Source: Octopus vulgaris (lineage: Eukaryota). Taken from it: DNA of 64,000 bases. The notes below the pieces were generated by a model. It had not been told where the DNA came from. It did no database searches and saw nothing but the letters and a program-made list of their open reading frames with translations. The position numbers and the translations under genes were made by a program. The DNA lies in the NCBI GenBank assembly GCA_951406725.2, contig OX597828.1:10664001-10728000 (forward strand), in the 5' to 3' direction. Of the stretch, positions 39,437 to 54,740 are shown piece by piece. How positions within the stretch are numbered: the stretch's first letter is position 1; the number at the start of each line of letters is the position of its first letter.

Positions 39437-42400
39437 GATTACATTATATTATTTTATGTTATATTATATTATATTATATTATGGTACAGATATCGAAAGC
39501 AGCAAAAGTGCTTCTAACGAGAATGCTATCAACATACATTGGCGTGCAAAAATTTGCCTTTTAGACAACACAAAATGTCAATTCTCTGGTATGTATACTG
39601 ATTAATATTCAAATACATAATTAGATTGCATTATAATTTTAATGTTTCCGGATTAAGCTTTTGTGACTGAGCAGCATTGATACAAAAGTACGTTTTTATA
39701 CCAACAAATACCTTCACAATCTTGTTTTCCAATGTAAATATCTGCATCCCTGCTTACATGTGTGTGCTTGTGAGTGTGTGCTTGTGTGTGTGTATGTGTT
39801 GTTTTAAGAATATATGCTTCTGTATGCACTCAGTGAAATTATATTATTGTACGCTACGTATGTCTAACAGTAGACAAATTTAGCAAGATGTATAGTATCA
39901 ACACCACTTATGAAAGAATACAACACTAATTAGCAGAAGAATATATTCTTAAATACATCATATCAAATAATTGAACGCTAGCCGTGCCCAGTATGGCTAC
40001 ATCAAATAATAGAAAATATTCATCAGCTCACTACTTATTATGAAGTAGCACACGATATGACAGCCAGTCTTTAAAATGAAACAGTATACTCCCAGAAAAA
40101 TGAGGGAGCGATGTGTTTTTAGGCAAGAATAGAAGCTTTGGCGTTTCTCTTTGGAATGGGCATTAGACCTTGTGAGCCATCGAGAGAATGCAATTATAAC
40201 TTATACTGTATTACATATAAAACTGTATTCCATATGCTCAAACAAATTTCATATTCAAATCCTGTTGTTTTACTATATCAATTTCCAATGATAAAGCATG
40301 CTAATACCTGAGTATTATTGTTTAGTTAAATGGTTTGTAATCATGTTCCTTGTAATTTATCGTATCCTAATGACGTAGTACGATTTCTGAAAAACTGAAA
40401 ACGGCAAACAATTAAGCTACAAGAATAATATAATGTAGACCATTCAACAGGCGATTCATAGCAAGGAAGAAATCTTGATGATGAACAAGTCAATAAAGTG
40501 GAAAAAGCACAACATATTCGTATTCAATATTTGTGTTTCATGATATTCTAAATTTTACTAACTAGTAATTATTTAGAAACCCCACTGACTTACAATATAT
40601 AGTTCACTTTTTGCTAAGTATACTTGTTATAATAATATATATTTGCTGAATGCAGTAATAATGAAATAAACATTGTGGAGTACTTTAGATATTTTTCCTT
40701 ACTCCATGGATTATTCTATATTTATTATGCACCATTTAACTTCTTTCAGCCTCTGAATAGTGGTTATAAAAAAGGCGTACCGCCAAAAGATAGCAAACCA
40801 AAATATATAATACAGACCACACATCGGAACAGCGGTTCTGAACTATTTTTTTTCCATAGGTACCATGTTATTAGTATTTTTTTCTGCTATACACACGTAG
40901 CCATTCGGTGTTTAAAAAATAGTTTTATAGATACTTCTTTTAAATTTCCTATTTTGTTCATCATACATTCAATTGTTTAAGATGAACTATGTAAAACGTC
41001 AGAGAAAGAAACTTCATTGTTTTTGCAATAAATAGATCTAAAGCAATTTTTTTAATGGACTCTTCACATACTACTGCGTATTCCGATTTAATATTTCGAC
41101 TGAGTGGACCCTCAAAAATCTTATATGTATCACAAGGGGACAAAGGAAGAACCACTGCATTAGATACACTCTATAATGATCACAGACGGACTAGATTTCC
41201 AGTCGGACGCTGTCGATTAAAATATACCCGAATATTTTGTAGAGACTACAATGAAGCAAAGCAAATAAAATTCAGTGATACTGAAAACGTTAGATACAAA
41301 ATACTGGTAAGTTATTTGAAACTACGAACGCATAATACGCATCTGAGTCATTCCTAGTCTACTGTGATACCGCGTAACCAAGAGATTGTGATTTGTGTCC
41401 ATTTTTTTTATGCCCGTGAATTCGATTTGTGAAATAGACAGCGCATTGAACCCTTCAACAACGACTTTCTTTCCTGATCCGCCAGGCTACTCAGCTAAAA
41501 CTTATCACCAACAGATTGTTAATCTGCCTTTCTCTACCTATATTACACACGCTCTCCATGTTCCTCTGGTCAATTTCGGATTGAAGATGTTCATATTTGC
41601 TCGCAAATACATAGCTACCTATACTAATTAACGAAAGCTAATCACAAACTACCAGGTGAAACTTCGCTATTCCCCAGCTAGAGAGCAATCTTAAATCTAC
41701 CAGTTACTTCTGTCTCCTATGAAATATGATATATATGAAGATTCTAAACTACATTTAAAAATTTTTAAACCGCCAACTATTTGATTTATATCAAATCTCT
41801 CCAATTTTTTCTTTGCTAGACCACTTCCCAATTTTAGGATTACCGTGCCAGAAACGATTCTTATAACTTCGATTTGCGAAGTTAAACATAAGATATCCAA
41901 TGAGTAAACACGACATCTGCGTACCAAACAATCAGAACATTTTGAAAACATATTGTATTCCTAGACAATAGACACTATATACAAAATCCACATAGAGGAT
42001 CGACTATTTGCAGATTAGAAATTGATATTTGAAACTTCTGTTTTCTATAAGCTATCACATACAGTTTTATTATGTACCCAATATGCTATTCTAGATATAC
42101 AATAACATGTCTGGATGGTATCTTTTCGAGAATGGGCGTTCGGATATGTGGAGCTATATAGCAGAATTACCACCTGAACTCTTGGTGACATCATTTAGAC
42201 ATATAGGCTTTCCCCATGCAACACCAAGTAGTAAATATACAATTGGGTATTTAACTTTAGCTTGCATAGGTGTCTTCCCTTGTTGTCCAATATAACTCTG
42301 CCATTTAGATTTTTTGTGTCACCTTCAGAGCCTAGTCAGTTTTAAACAATCGCGCCAGACTTCCAGTCTGAAATATATTCGTTCCTTAATCCCATTGTTT

Positions 42401-45400
42401 CGGAATCATTAAACAATCCACTCTTTACAGTGCTAACTTCACAAAGAGCCTTGGGCATGTGCGTATAACTAGCATATAAAATGAGATAACATGGATTTCC
42501 GAAAGAGGAATGTTGCTTAATAGAGATCAATCATAATTTGTTTTGTTAGAAGACGTTATCAAATCATGCAAAAGAAATATAAATATTGTTGTTTAACACC
42601 TGTTTTACACTTATTTAGCCGTACTATACTACTACACTGTCAAATATATCTTTTATATTTTATCCGAAATATGATTTGAAAGTAATTTTACTTCCGAACT
42701 AACACATAAATGAACATTCGCTTGCCCGTCAACCAAGAAATAAACGAAACTAACACGAGCATGATTTGGCTTTAGAACAATTAAAAGATTGAGAAAGAAG
42801 GTTGTTTACGGCGTTCAACCAGTTTTTAGTTTTGCAACATTTTCACAATGTCATTGATGACAGCGGATGTGAAAAGACAACTATATAACATTCCCAGATA
42901 CGGATTGTTATTTATGTTTAAAATCCAGAAATTAAGAAAGTGCCTTAACTCTGGTGAGATTTGAACTGTGAGTTCAAAAAGATAATAACTATATACCATA
43001 GGGCAATAGGCATCAGATTCTTTTGATTATGATACTTATTGAGTTTATACTACTACTTCTACTAATTAAGTACCTAAGAACATCTAATTCCGTTGGTGAT
43101 AATAACAAGTTGAAAATAAAAATGACGATGACAAATAATAATATAAGAATGTACAAGATTCTAAAGTGTACTACGATAACAAATACCTTACTTTAAGACA
43201 TATCAACTCATCAAATATATATTTTTTTCCAATTTTCATAAACTTAATGACCTAAGTTGATAACTCAAGTGATGTTCCTAAATAGTTGCTATGCTTTTCA
43301 AGGTATAAAAACCATCCTGGTATTGAAACAGTTCTATGGAAATAAAGAAAGTAAAACAATACCTCCTCCGGCAATGTTTGTTTCTCATTAAAAGAAAAAT
43401 AATTTTATGAATAGAAATTGAAGTAAATAATTTCACATAATTAATGGACTTTTTTCCTTTTTCTCAAGAAAAGTAAACACAGCTTTTATTGTTCAATTTA
43501 CAATTTTAAAAGAAAGTACATTATTTATTTTAAGTTTGACAGCAAATAAAAATCGTTAAGTATAATAAAATATTAAAAAAGAAACAGAATAATTATTTAA
43601 ATACTTGTTTTTGTTAACTTTGGTCACATTAATGCGTTATCTTTGAAAAACTTTCATTGCTCTACATTAAAAGAGGTTATTTTTTTCTTCTTCATCTTCT
43701 TAATACAGAAGCTACTCAAGAGGAATCACTTGTTAGAAAATGGATTCATTTCGCCAATGCTTTGTTTGCCACATGCATAAATTAATTACTTCCAGCATGC
43801 GCATAATCGCAGACAATTGAATGAAAAGGAAGAAAAAGAACAAAGAAAAACAATTATTTACAGAAACTACGTATCCACACAGCACATATGCACACAGAAT
43901 TAAAAAATTTTAAAGAAATATTAAAAATATGAAAATAAAAGTTAAAATCACAAGAAAGGCACTTTCAAAATCCGACGTTATTCATCTATTTTTACCTTCA
44001 TAAAAATTGAATGTTAATATAATTTCTTCAACTAATATTTAAATACTTTAAACGTTATGACTAATAAATTTTGTGAAGACAGATGTATGTTATTTGGAGA
44101 GAAAATACGAAAAGAAAAAAATTTAAATAACCACAAGCCTATCCTTCTTTCGATTACTTTACAAAGAAATTCCTTTCAAAGTGTGCGTATGTCCACTGTG
44201 AAAAAAGGATCGCTCAACGTGGGATATATACAATCATTCATTACATCATGATTGGCATAATGTGAAATGTTTTATCGGTGTCAATTATATCGAACATATT
44301 AGTAACAGGCAGTTGAAGTACTTTTACTTCAAACAAACATACCATAGAGACACAGAGATTCCTCTATCATAAACCTGTTGAATAAATAGAAAACGATATC
44401 GTTGATCCAGCTTTGTTAGTAAGCAGACCGATGAGAAAAAAAAATCAACATTTTATTCAGTCGCATTGTACATAGACCTGCTTTGTCCATTCAATACTTC
44501 TTTATGAACCACGAAGACCGCAATTTAAGGTGAGATTTTGTTGCTTTTCTAAGTGACATAAGAGATACAGTAATCCCCTTCGTTAAGGCGATTACCGCTA
44601 CCATGAAGTGAATCTAGTGTCATCAGAAGTGCTTGTTAACCTATAAATGCAGCATATATTTCTGTTTAACAAATGCTTTACGCATTTGTGTTATATATAA
44701 ATTCGTAATAAAATGTATTCAACAATAAACACTCTATAATCGTTTAATGTAATCTAAGATAACAAAAGGATTATAGCAGCAAAATCAGTTTTGCAAAGAA
44801 ACGTCATATATGGAATACATCAATTTTCAGAGGTAGAAAAAAATGAAAAACGATATTGATGCGTGAAACAAATTTTCAAAGGCTAAACATATCGAGGCCT
44901 TACTTGTAAGCAAACATTGTTCGTATGTTTTTATTCAAGGTCGAAATTTTGTAGGAATTTACATTTTCAACTATAATGTCGGAGCATAGGATTTAACTTA
45001 CACAATAAATACCCTTCCACAAATTGTGTGATACTCAGCCATTGCTGTTCAAACAATCAAACATGGCGGAAGAATAAAAGGTAAATTTTTAAAACTACAA
45101 TCTTACATAGATATTTTCAGTTGCTGAGATCTACGTATTTCCAAGCCGCTTAAGATTGAAAGGCGGAGATGCCGAGTTGTTTGGAAAGTGCTTGAACTTC
45201 AGTACACTGGTAACATTCTTTGACTCATAAATTGAATTAATGAATGTGAAATGTAGTGAAGTGGGTTTCACGCTTTTATTTGAGTATATTTTGCTTTTAT
45301 TTGCATTTTAATCTGTTGGCTACACAGATCCCATATCTGTAATTTATACCGTCGACTAGACGGTATGGATCAGGTTAGTGGAAACTGTACTCGTCACCTC

Positions 45401-47112
45401 TGGACTACTAAGCATACAGAGATCAGATTAGCAAATTAATTAAGAGGGCATTGGCGGGAACAATCCTCAGCAACAAGTGATGTTATGCCATGAAGAAAAG
45501 ATAATTTGAGTAAACTTGATACCGTTTATGACATTTGCTGTGATAGATAATTGAATAGCTGCAGACTTAGAAACTAAGATAGTTATTGTGGCAGCGAGAT
45601 TGGTATGTGACAAATTCTTCACCACGAAGTACAAAGGCGCATTACCTTTGATCCCCAAGTAGATGTAGATAACTTTCCAACACATGTTCACTTCCAGCAT
45701 CTAAACTGACGGCATGGAATGGAAACGGGGAGTTACGAAAAGTTCATGACAACTGCTGAGAGGGGTTCAGTCCATTCCAAAACCCGAGTACCATATTTTA
45801 CTGCTATCGGACGGATGACATGCAATGTTGAACTCAGCAGCTTTTAAACTCAGAACATATAAAGTTTGAAACGAAACCACAAGACCTTGTGTCAGGATCA
45901 AATCCAACGCTCATGTTATATAAAGTAACCGAACATTAAAGACAAGATTTATTTGTAAAATCACCAAATTACCATAAAAAAATCCACCGTTGTACACCAA
46001 GCTGTTTTACTGCTATTTTATTTCTTCACTGCCTGCATTAACCTCAGGTTTCATTAGTTCATCACAATTACTTATTGCCCTTCGTAAATTTTACCCTTCA
46101 CTTTATCGTAGTTATTTCTCCTACATTATAGATGTTAGCAGTATATTTTTATCTGGATATTCAACGAAACTCTGCCAATCATTTCCGATTGTTGTGTAAG
46201 CTTTACCAAAGTCTTTGAGATTTTTTACTCACACATCACTCATAGAATTTCTACAATTCTCAAATTTTACTTTAAACCATCTCTGCCTAAGAATACATTT
46301 TCACACCCGTACGTATTATGTTTTTACACTTGCATATACTAATAACAACTTCCACTTTGCTCTTGCTATCTCATGTGCTTCGTCAGTATCATATTTATTC
46401 ACACTCGCACATGCTATCAAGTCCACACATACATGCTTTCACGTAATGACATAACGATTATACGAACCTACAACAGCAACCTATGAACGGAAAGATTCAT
46501 TGTAGTGAGATGTGAACCGACAAATAGGAATGTTTACTAAAAGCGACAGAAGGCAAGTGACTTAGAAAATTGTATGTCACCTAAAAATGACGGAAAGCAA
46601 ATTTATCTAAATTGTGTATACACATCACTTGAAATGGCCATTGAAGCCATGAGAAATTCCCGCCCTTGAGATCAAGGAAGATGACGGGCAACCACCATTA
46701 TATGATCGACTGTGAGCGGTATCCCGTACTTGCACACAGTTGTATAATATAGAATGGAGAACATTTGTTCGATAAAAGTCCTATATTCAGGAAAGTGGAA
46801 ATTGAACGAGAACGTGCTGAATAATTTCGTTGTTTTAAGCCTATCTTCAAATACATTGTGCATATATATATATATAAGTATGAATGCATGTATGTATATA
46901 CGTACTTACAAATGTATGCATATATTTATGAATATATATGTATATAGGTGTGTATGTTTGAAGGTAATTGCATATGCATACAAGTATGTACATGTAATGT
47001 ACTAATGTACGTATATATATATATATATATATATTCCACCTTTTTAGTGGGTTCATTCAGTGTTTGAGTATATTCTGTAAAACTGAAGATCATATATATA
47101 TATATATATATA

Positions 47113-50100
47113 GTAAAACAGACGGATTCAGACGGGAAGTCTGACAGAATGACAGACTGAAGGTATCAAATGTTGTATAAAAATAATAATAAAGAATACC
47201 GTCGTTTTCATGCTTGTAATTTGTTACTGAAGTTTGGTTTCTTGAAGCGATAAACAAACAGCTCGATACAGAGACACGTGTGAGTATATGGAAAGACAGC
47301 TGTGAGTCGGAAGAAATAAATTCCCTGCAACGATGGGAAAATTGTTAATTTCTTCCTTAGTTACGAAGGTCAGTTTAAAAGAGACTACACTTCAGATAAC
47401 GCCTTCCTGAAAAAATTTAGAAGTACATCTACAGATATAAATACACGTCCACCTAGACCAAACTATAAAGATCTAAAAGAACACAAACAAACAAAACTGA
47501 CTTCTCACCAGGAAGTAAACCATTCACAATCTAGTAAGAGGGACAACCCACTAATAAAAAATACTAGAAGAAACGAACCTAGGGTTAGGAGTAATATTTT
47601 CTCCCCAACAACTAGAAACGTTCAAGAGACTTCCTTTACTCCTCAACGAAGAAGCCCGAACCACGTAGTTCCAACTAGTTTATCTAGACAGCAACACCAA
47701 TCTCCAAGCAATTCCAATATAATAAATAATAACAATAATACTGATAACTTCTAGCAACCAAATTACACTAAATATATTTTAGACCGAATGGGAAGAAACA
47801 GAGACATGTTGGAACAAAACTTACAGGGGAAGCCCAAAGAAATAAATGTATGAATGAAAACTCTGCAACAAAATCAGTATACTAGCTAAAAGATTAAAGT
47901 TTACACCAACCCCACGAAACTCTAACCACAATGAAATTAAAGACAATATTTCGGAATTCTGTAGAAAACTACGACTCAATGAAGTACTAAACGACCACAA
48001 CGGAGATGAGTCACTAGTTAAAAACAGAAGTAATTACACGATGATTTCTGCGACCATATCCAAATTTGCCAATATTCTTTTCATAAACGAAAAATTAATT
48101 CAAACCTCAACAATCGAAAATGGAAACATCTAATTGAACTACAAAACGACAAAGACCTGACAAATAAAGAAGAAGACAAAGGATGTGCTGTAGTTCTGAT
48201 GGACACAGAGTACTACAAAAACCTAATATTATCCATGCTAGAAAATGATGCCTTCTACGAAAAAGTTGTAAACTATAAATAACAGAAAACAATGAAAAAT
48301 TTTGCATCCTTAATACTTCAACATAGAAAAGACCTGACAAAAAAAAAAAAAACACAGAATACATCACGAACTTCAAATGTAAGAATAGTCTTTTTTATGA
48401 CCTACCTAAAATACAAATGAGAAAGATAATTAATGAAGCCCGCAAACAATCGCCAGGCAAATATATAAATATCCAAACGCCAGAAGTTAAGGCCCTATAT
48501 AACTGGCCCAGCCTGTGAAACCCACCGGCTTAGCAATTTTCTAGACATCCTTCTGAAACCCTTGCTGAAATGCATCACATTTCCATTAGAGACGTTTTAG
48601 ACATGCTAGAGCACCTACCAAAATCAATTAATGAATAGACATTATTGGTTTATAAGTTACCTATCTATACACCAACATCATCCCACATGAGTATAGAATA
48701 AAAGCAATCAATTTCTGGTCAGAAAAGTATCCCGAAGTACTTCCGGAACACATATATCACGTCTTTATTATTGAATCTTTAAAATTTATGCTTCAGAACA
48801 ATTATTTCCTATTTGATAACACTTACAATCGTCAAAAATGCGGAATTGCAATGGGAAAGAAAGCAGCCCTGTTCTTGGGAACCTGATATTGGGTTATTTT
48901 GAATTCACCATATGTGAAGTGTCACTGCAAAAATATGGTATCCATTTCACCATTGCATAAGAGAAAACGGGAAAAGATACCTGGATGACTTTTTTATCAT
49001 TTGGAAGGAGACCTTTGACAAACATTTGGAATTCAAATCAACACTAATTGATATTTAAAAAGTAACATTCAATTCACAATGGAATATAGCAGAGAACAGC
49101 TCCCATTTTTGGATATTATGATAAAAAAAATTAACAACTAAATTATAACTGACACCTATCATAAACCAACAGACTCGAAGTAATATCTCCTTTTTAGCTC
49201 ATGCCACTCGAAACACATCAAAATAAATTAATGTGGCAAAAAGTATGTGCACAATAGTGTCTGATAGAACTATTCGGGACCTTCGTCTTCAAGACTTCAG
49301 AACAAAACTTGCTGAAAGATAATATCCACCCTCACATATAGACGAAGGAATTAAGCCTGCTAAGGAATTAGACATAAAAAACACCAAGGACAACAAAGCA
49401 TAACACCATACCTCATCTCAAAATACTACTGTATATATCAATTCACAGCCCTGCAAACAGTGAGGCATACAACACTATTGTGAAAAATCTTCCTCTATTA
49501 ACTAGATACCCAAAAATGAACAACATCCTGAAATCACATAAATTTATCAAATGCAAAAGGCAAGACATGTCGTTAGAGAGACTTTTAACAAATACAAAGC
49601 TTTATACAACGACCACGAAATCAACGGTTAAAACATGTGTAAGCCCAAACTGTGGAAAATGCCGCAACATACTGGAGGCTCAGATTTCATTTTCAAACAA
49701 GGAGAGGGATTCACAATTAAAACGAAATTCACTTGTGCCTCTCAGAATCTAATTTATGTAATAACCTGCTCGTGTCGTGGAAATCACTATATAGGACAGA
49801 GGAGTAAGACATTGAGACAGAGAACCGCTCAACATAATGGGCTGATCCGGTTCCCGCAATACAGAGAGATTCCTTTAAGTGAACACATAGAGAGATGTGC
49901 CGCTAACATCAAACCAAACTTCACAGTTTTCCCTTTCTATCAGTGCAAAGATACAATTTATTTCCATGAACGTTTACGTAAAGAAATTTAATCATAGAAA
50001 ACTACAGAGCACGTCTAAATATGCACGCACAACCAACTTTGATCGCTATACATATTTTAATTCACCTATTGCTGCAAATATTTCTCCTAACTACTCTAGT

Positions 50101-50118
50101 TTTTGAATTTATGTGTAC

Positions 50119-50177
<59 letters not shown>

Positions 50178-50440
50178 CTTCCCACCGAAAGATGAACAAT
50201 TCTTTCCCCTGTCGGCAATAATAACGATAGCCAGTTACCTCCCCATAGATTTTTCTACTTGTTAAATCATTCATTCATAAACTCCACTCACAAAATAGAC
50301 AAAACATGTTTCTTAAGAAAATCCGTATTAAAATAAATTCTAATGGTCATGATTAGCGAAAGCGAAACTGGTAGACAAACACAATATAAGATATATTAAA
50401 AATTATATTAAAACTATGTAAAGTGTGTGCATTTTCATTC
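47113..50440 (+). mobile_element. Near full-length decayed Penelope-like retroelement (RT + GIY-YIG endonuclease, 3' pLTR)
   Basis: RT peptides across frameshifts: LPKIQ, RPYI/ITGPACETHRLSNFLDILLKPLL, LYTNI, LQNNYFLFDNTYNRQKCGIAMGKKAAP, KRYLDDFFIIW (YLDD 48978-48989), IQFTMEYSREQLPFLDIMIK and TYHKPTDSK*YLLFSSCH. GIY-YIG peptide: FTCASQNLIYVITCSCRGNHYIGQRSKTLRQRTAQH (ORF 49635-49991). Many stops. Confidence 0.93.
50346..50376 (+). ncRNA. Decayed minimal hammerhead in the Penelope 3' pLTR
   Basis: gtc-aTGATtA-gc-gaaa-gc-GAAA-ctgg-TA-gac. Stems I-III are consistent and the core has two substitutions from CUGAUGA. This is the position expected for PLE hammerheads. Confidence 0.65.
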
Positions 50441-52394
50441 TTTACTTTACATGCATACATAGATGTACATATTGTAAACACACAAGCATACACACAGACA
50501 CAAACACACATACACACACACACATATAGTTAGAGAGAGACATACATGTATACATGCACACTTATCTTACATACATATATATGTATGTATGTATATATGT
50601 ATGTATGTATGTATTTATGTATGAATGTATGTATGTATATATATTTATAGAAAGACAAACAGACAGATACAGAGTGAGTGAAAAAAAGAGGAAAGAGAAA
50701 AAGAAAGAAAGATATAGATAGATAGGTAGGTAGATAGATAGTCGGATCAGCGAATGCATATCTTCCACAATTTATTAAGCGCATATATATACCTAGCAAC
50801 AAGCACACACATATTCATATAATTATACATACATACACGCACGCACACACAAACACAAATATATATATATATATATATATATACGTATATATATGTATAT
50901 ATATGTATATATATACATATATATATATGCATATACGTATATGTATATATATATATCTATCTCTATATATACATACATATGTATGTATTGTATGTATATA
51001 TATAACAGTTTTTGTGATGTCTTTGCAGCTTTATTAATGAAGTATATATATATATATATACATATATATATGAATATTATACTTATACATATAAGTACGT
51101 AAGCATGTACATATGTTGTAATAAATATTCAAACAGACAGTGAACAAATATACATATAGTTACGACTGTGTGCATATCTGTGTATTTGTGTGGGTGAAAG
51201 TAATATCCGTATATGTACATACACATGTTCGGAAAACCTATACATAAAGCAAACCACACATAAGCACGCATATCACACGGCTCGTCTCCATTCTTCTCCA
51301 CATTCCCACTACACTGCTTGAGTAAATCAATATTTATGTGTTTACCCAACTTTATTATGCATAATGTTGTTTTCTCTGTTTGCATTATTTCTTCTGTATT
51401 TCCTTGGTCACATTGTTGGCCAAGGAAGTCTTTATTAAAAGTTGTGGCTGACACTCAAGTGCCTCATTACGGTAATATAAACCAGCTTTTCACTGGATGC
51501 TCACGTGACTAACAGAAGAAATCCGACGACGAGGCCATGACACACTCCACCGCATTGTTTCTCAGAATATTGCTGTAGTTACCGTATTTTCTCATTTCTT
51601 CCTGTATTCTTTGTATTTCTTCATCTTTGTATTTCTTGCACTTCTTGTTTGTACTGCCTTCTCTACCATCAACGTCTTCTCAGAATTATGTTAATGATAT
51701 TAATAGTATTAATATTGTTTATTCCTGTATTTATTTATTTCTATTGTTTCCACTGTTGTTGTTAAAACTTGCTTTAAAATTACGCAGTTTAAGCTTTTGG
51801 TGCACTGACTCTGTGATTGGGTTTCGATTCTCAGTCAAGCTTTTGTCTTTCTTAATATTTCATTTCTATTGTTGTTGACCGTGGCAAATCATGCACTTCT
51901 TAGATGGACAGTGGAAAAACATGCGCTTCTTAGACCGTGGAAAATCATGCACTTCTTGTTATAGTAAGCTCACACAATGTGAGCTTACCATTACAGGTGA
52001 AAAAATCGCTTTAATCACAGGTAAAATCGCTTTAACCACACGTAAAACAGCCATAAATACCTTCTTGACACAGAGGACACAGGGGGCAATTGGTTTTGTG
52101 GCAAATGATCGAAAGGCATGAGGATAGTCCATTCTTTGTTCATAATTACTGCATTTGAGCCACTCTAAAATTTGGTCTTATCGGAAACACGAGTTCATCG
52201 TGTTTAAGGTAAAGTTATAAGGCTTCAGATTATAGTGATTTTCAGGATTACTTAAACTTTCTTCTGTTGCATGTGTTTACATCCATTTGGATGCTATGAT
52301 CCTCATCGTGAAAGGAAATTTCGACAACAAAGCTAGCATTTCTATTGTAAAAATACTGGTTGTGTGCTTGTGGAAATCTTCGCTATATACTATT

Positions 52395-52733
52395 GAGACT
52401 CCCTTCGGTCTCGAGCCAAACCATGGGATTGCAGCTAGAAAGTTACCCTCCCAGGCACAAGTCGGATCAAGGTTGTTTATAGAAGACCAGCAGTTGCCCA
52501 TGCATACCGGCCTCCACTCTCCATGCCACCAGTGTTATCCAAAGGAAAAGCAGGGGCCGATACAGCTTGGCACCTGTGACGTCGCAACTCATTTCTACAG
52601 CTGAGTGAACTGGAGCAACGTGAAATAATGTGTCTTGCTCAAGAACACAACATGCATCCAGGTCCGAGATTCGAGCTCACAACCTCACGATCGTAAGCTC
52701 GTCGCTCTAACAACTGAGCCATGCACCATCACA
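52395..52733 (-). mobile_element. tRNA-derived SINE (head1/core1 + tail Y), 12-bp TSD
   Basis: Minus-strand head gcatggctcagttgttagagcgacgagcttacgatcgtgaggttgtgagctcgaatctc, core ttgtgttcttgagcaagacac...ccagttcactcagctg, and a distinct tail ending gaccgaagggagtctc. TSD ctatata(c/a)tatt at 52383-52394 and 52734-52745. Confidence 0.88.
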
Positions 52734-52974
52734 CTATATAATATTACTATGTAACAAACGACTAATCTATTGCTTGACCTTCCTCTATTCTCCACTGCTG
52801 CCTTTTTGTTTATAATCCTTTTTTCTAATTCGTTACATAATTATATTTCTTTTTCTTATCCTCCGATTTTAGGGACTAAATAATTTGCGCTGTAATTACT
52901 TAACGATCTATAATTGTACCAGTACCATTGCATGTTTTCAAAACATTAATTCTTCCAAACGAATTTCCAGCGTC

Positions 52975-54740
52975 CCTATCAACGTTCTGGTCTTTCTGTC
53001 TGATCCAGATAGTGACCAATATCACGAGTTTCTGAATGCAAAAGTGAATTATATTCAACTAGCAAATGAACCGGCCCTTTGGACGGTTTAAGTTGCTCTG
53101 GTGATACTTTTTCACTTTGTACCAAGTGCCACCTGAGCTCAGGGTGCCATTTCCTCAGTGGTATCTCAGCGTTGTTGACAGGAAGAATAGAACCTATCAA
53201 ATGATAGGGTTGGCCCTGACTTTTGAACGTTGGCATATAGGAGTCTTCATGAATGGGTTTGAGTCCGCAATTTGTCATCAGGAAGGCAGTGTTATAAGTG
53301 TGAATTTTCTGTATAAAATTGCTGCGAATCAGGGTGTTGACCAAGGAATATAGAGGCAAAAGCTGCGGAGCATTTTGCAGATCAGGCAAGCGAACCCTTC
53401 CGTTTGAACAACCCACTTGAGGGCCTTGAAAAATGGATATATTACAGACATAACCCCTGTAACAGTCTCTCAAAGAGTGGCGTAATCCTCGGCGGGATCA
53501 TAGTTGAGTACCTTTCATGCCCATTGACTACTCGATGGCTTCAAATATCCATGAGCAAGAGCCTTCCGGTGAATATTAGACTGAAGTCTCATGACACGAC
53601 GGTTATCGTCATCTGCCAACCTCGAGGCAGAAGTGGGTAAAGCGTTGCATGCCCGATAGCACTCTCTTCTAGGTCTTCTTCGGCCCTTGTGGCAGGAGTG
53701 GATGCAGCGTTGCGTGCCCGACGGATAGCAGTCTTTTGAGGGGTTTCTGCGACCATTGCGTCAGCAGCACGCAATCGATATGTATCACGCTGCTCTGGAG
53801 CTGCTGCAGTTCTCGCAGCGGCAGCTTTCTCATCAGTCTATAGGTCTTCACTTTCCTTAACATGCCAGCGGTGTTGCTTTGCTGCTGCAGAAGACTTTCT
53901 GCCAATGCGTGCTCTCTTTTAAGGTGGCATGCTTGTATTATCTGGAAAAGGAAAGCGGATTTAGTATACCAAGTGATTATTGATTCTATTATCAGCTAAA
54001 AAAAACCTTTATTTTGTCTTCCGACATAGCCAGCGCATAAAGTGAAATTGGTATGAAGCTTTCTGAAATATACGAATAGCTTTCGCTACTGGTAGCAAAA
54101 CTCTTATTTACAGGTTGATCCTTTGGGACAAATCATATGTGATTGTATAACACATATTTGAAACAATGGACAACAGCCAAATTATCATAATGGATGGGTA
54201 AATATGCATCCTTAAAGTGAAACACCGAATTAATAGGTTAACGAATGTATTAACAAATAGGAGGGAGGAAATATTCAGTAACTCAGAATAGGTAAAGGTA
54301 AGTTTACCAAAGTTTAATGCCACATATATATGGAGATTAAGATCGTTTGGTATTGGATATTCATCGCGCACATTGTCCCTGGTCAATTTAATCACAGTCA
54401 AAAATTTCTCTAATATCAATATACGACGATACAGATTGAAAAAGTATGGAAGAACCTATAAACAAAAAACTTTGTATATACAATGAATTTGGAAAAATCT
54501 TTTAACTTAACATAAACATTTATTTACATGAAAGAAAATTACCGGAAACTTAAGATGCTGTGCTAAAAATAGCAGCTAGATATGATTTTTGGGGTGGGGA
54601 TAAATCTTTTAAATTAACATAAATATTTATTTACATGAAAAAATTGACAGCTTCCAAATCCTGCTTTTTGACTTGGTCACAGCGCAGGTGGACAGTCGAA
54701 GTAAACATATAGACACAATCCTTTCACTTTTATAAAAAGA
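52975..54740 (-). mobile_element. Decayed Helitron (5' end and N-terminal Rep region)
   Basis: ORF start MPP*KRARIGRKSS at 53930. CSNGRVRLPDL...FIQKIHTYNTAFLMTNCG...YMPTFKSQGQPYHLIGSILP matches the Helitron motif 'CC.NGKV.LP...IR.YN.AFQMTSFG...PTFKVQGQVYH.IGSLLP'. A Helitron-style 5' TC..ataaaagtgaa start lies at ~54740 on the minus strand. Confidence 0.85.

Noticed and set aside
39977-40000. tagccgtgc/gtatggcta hairpin as a Helitron 3' end
   Set aside because: There is no correctly spaced CTRR terminus and no linked Helitron sequence.
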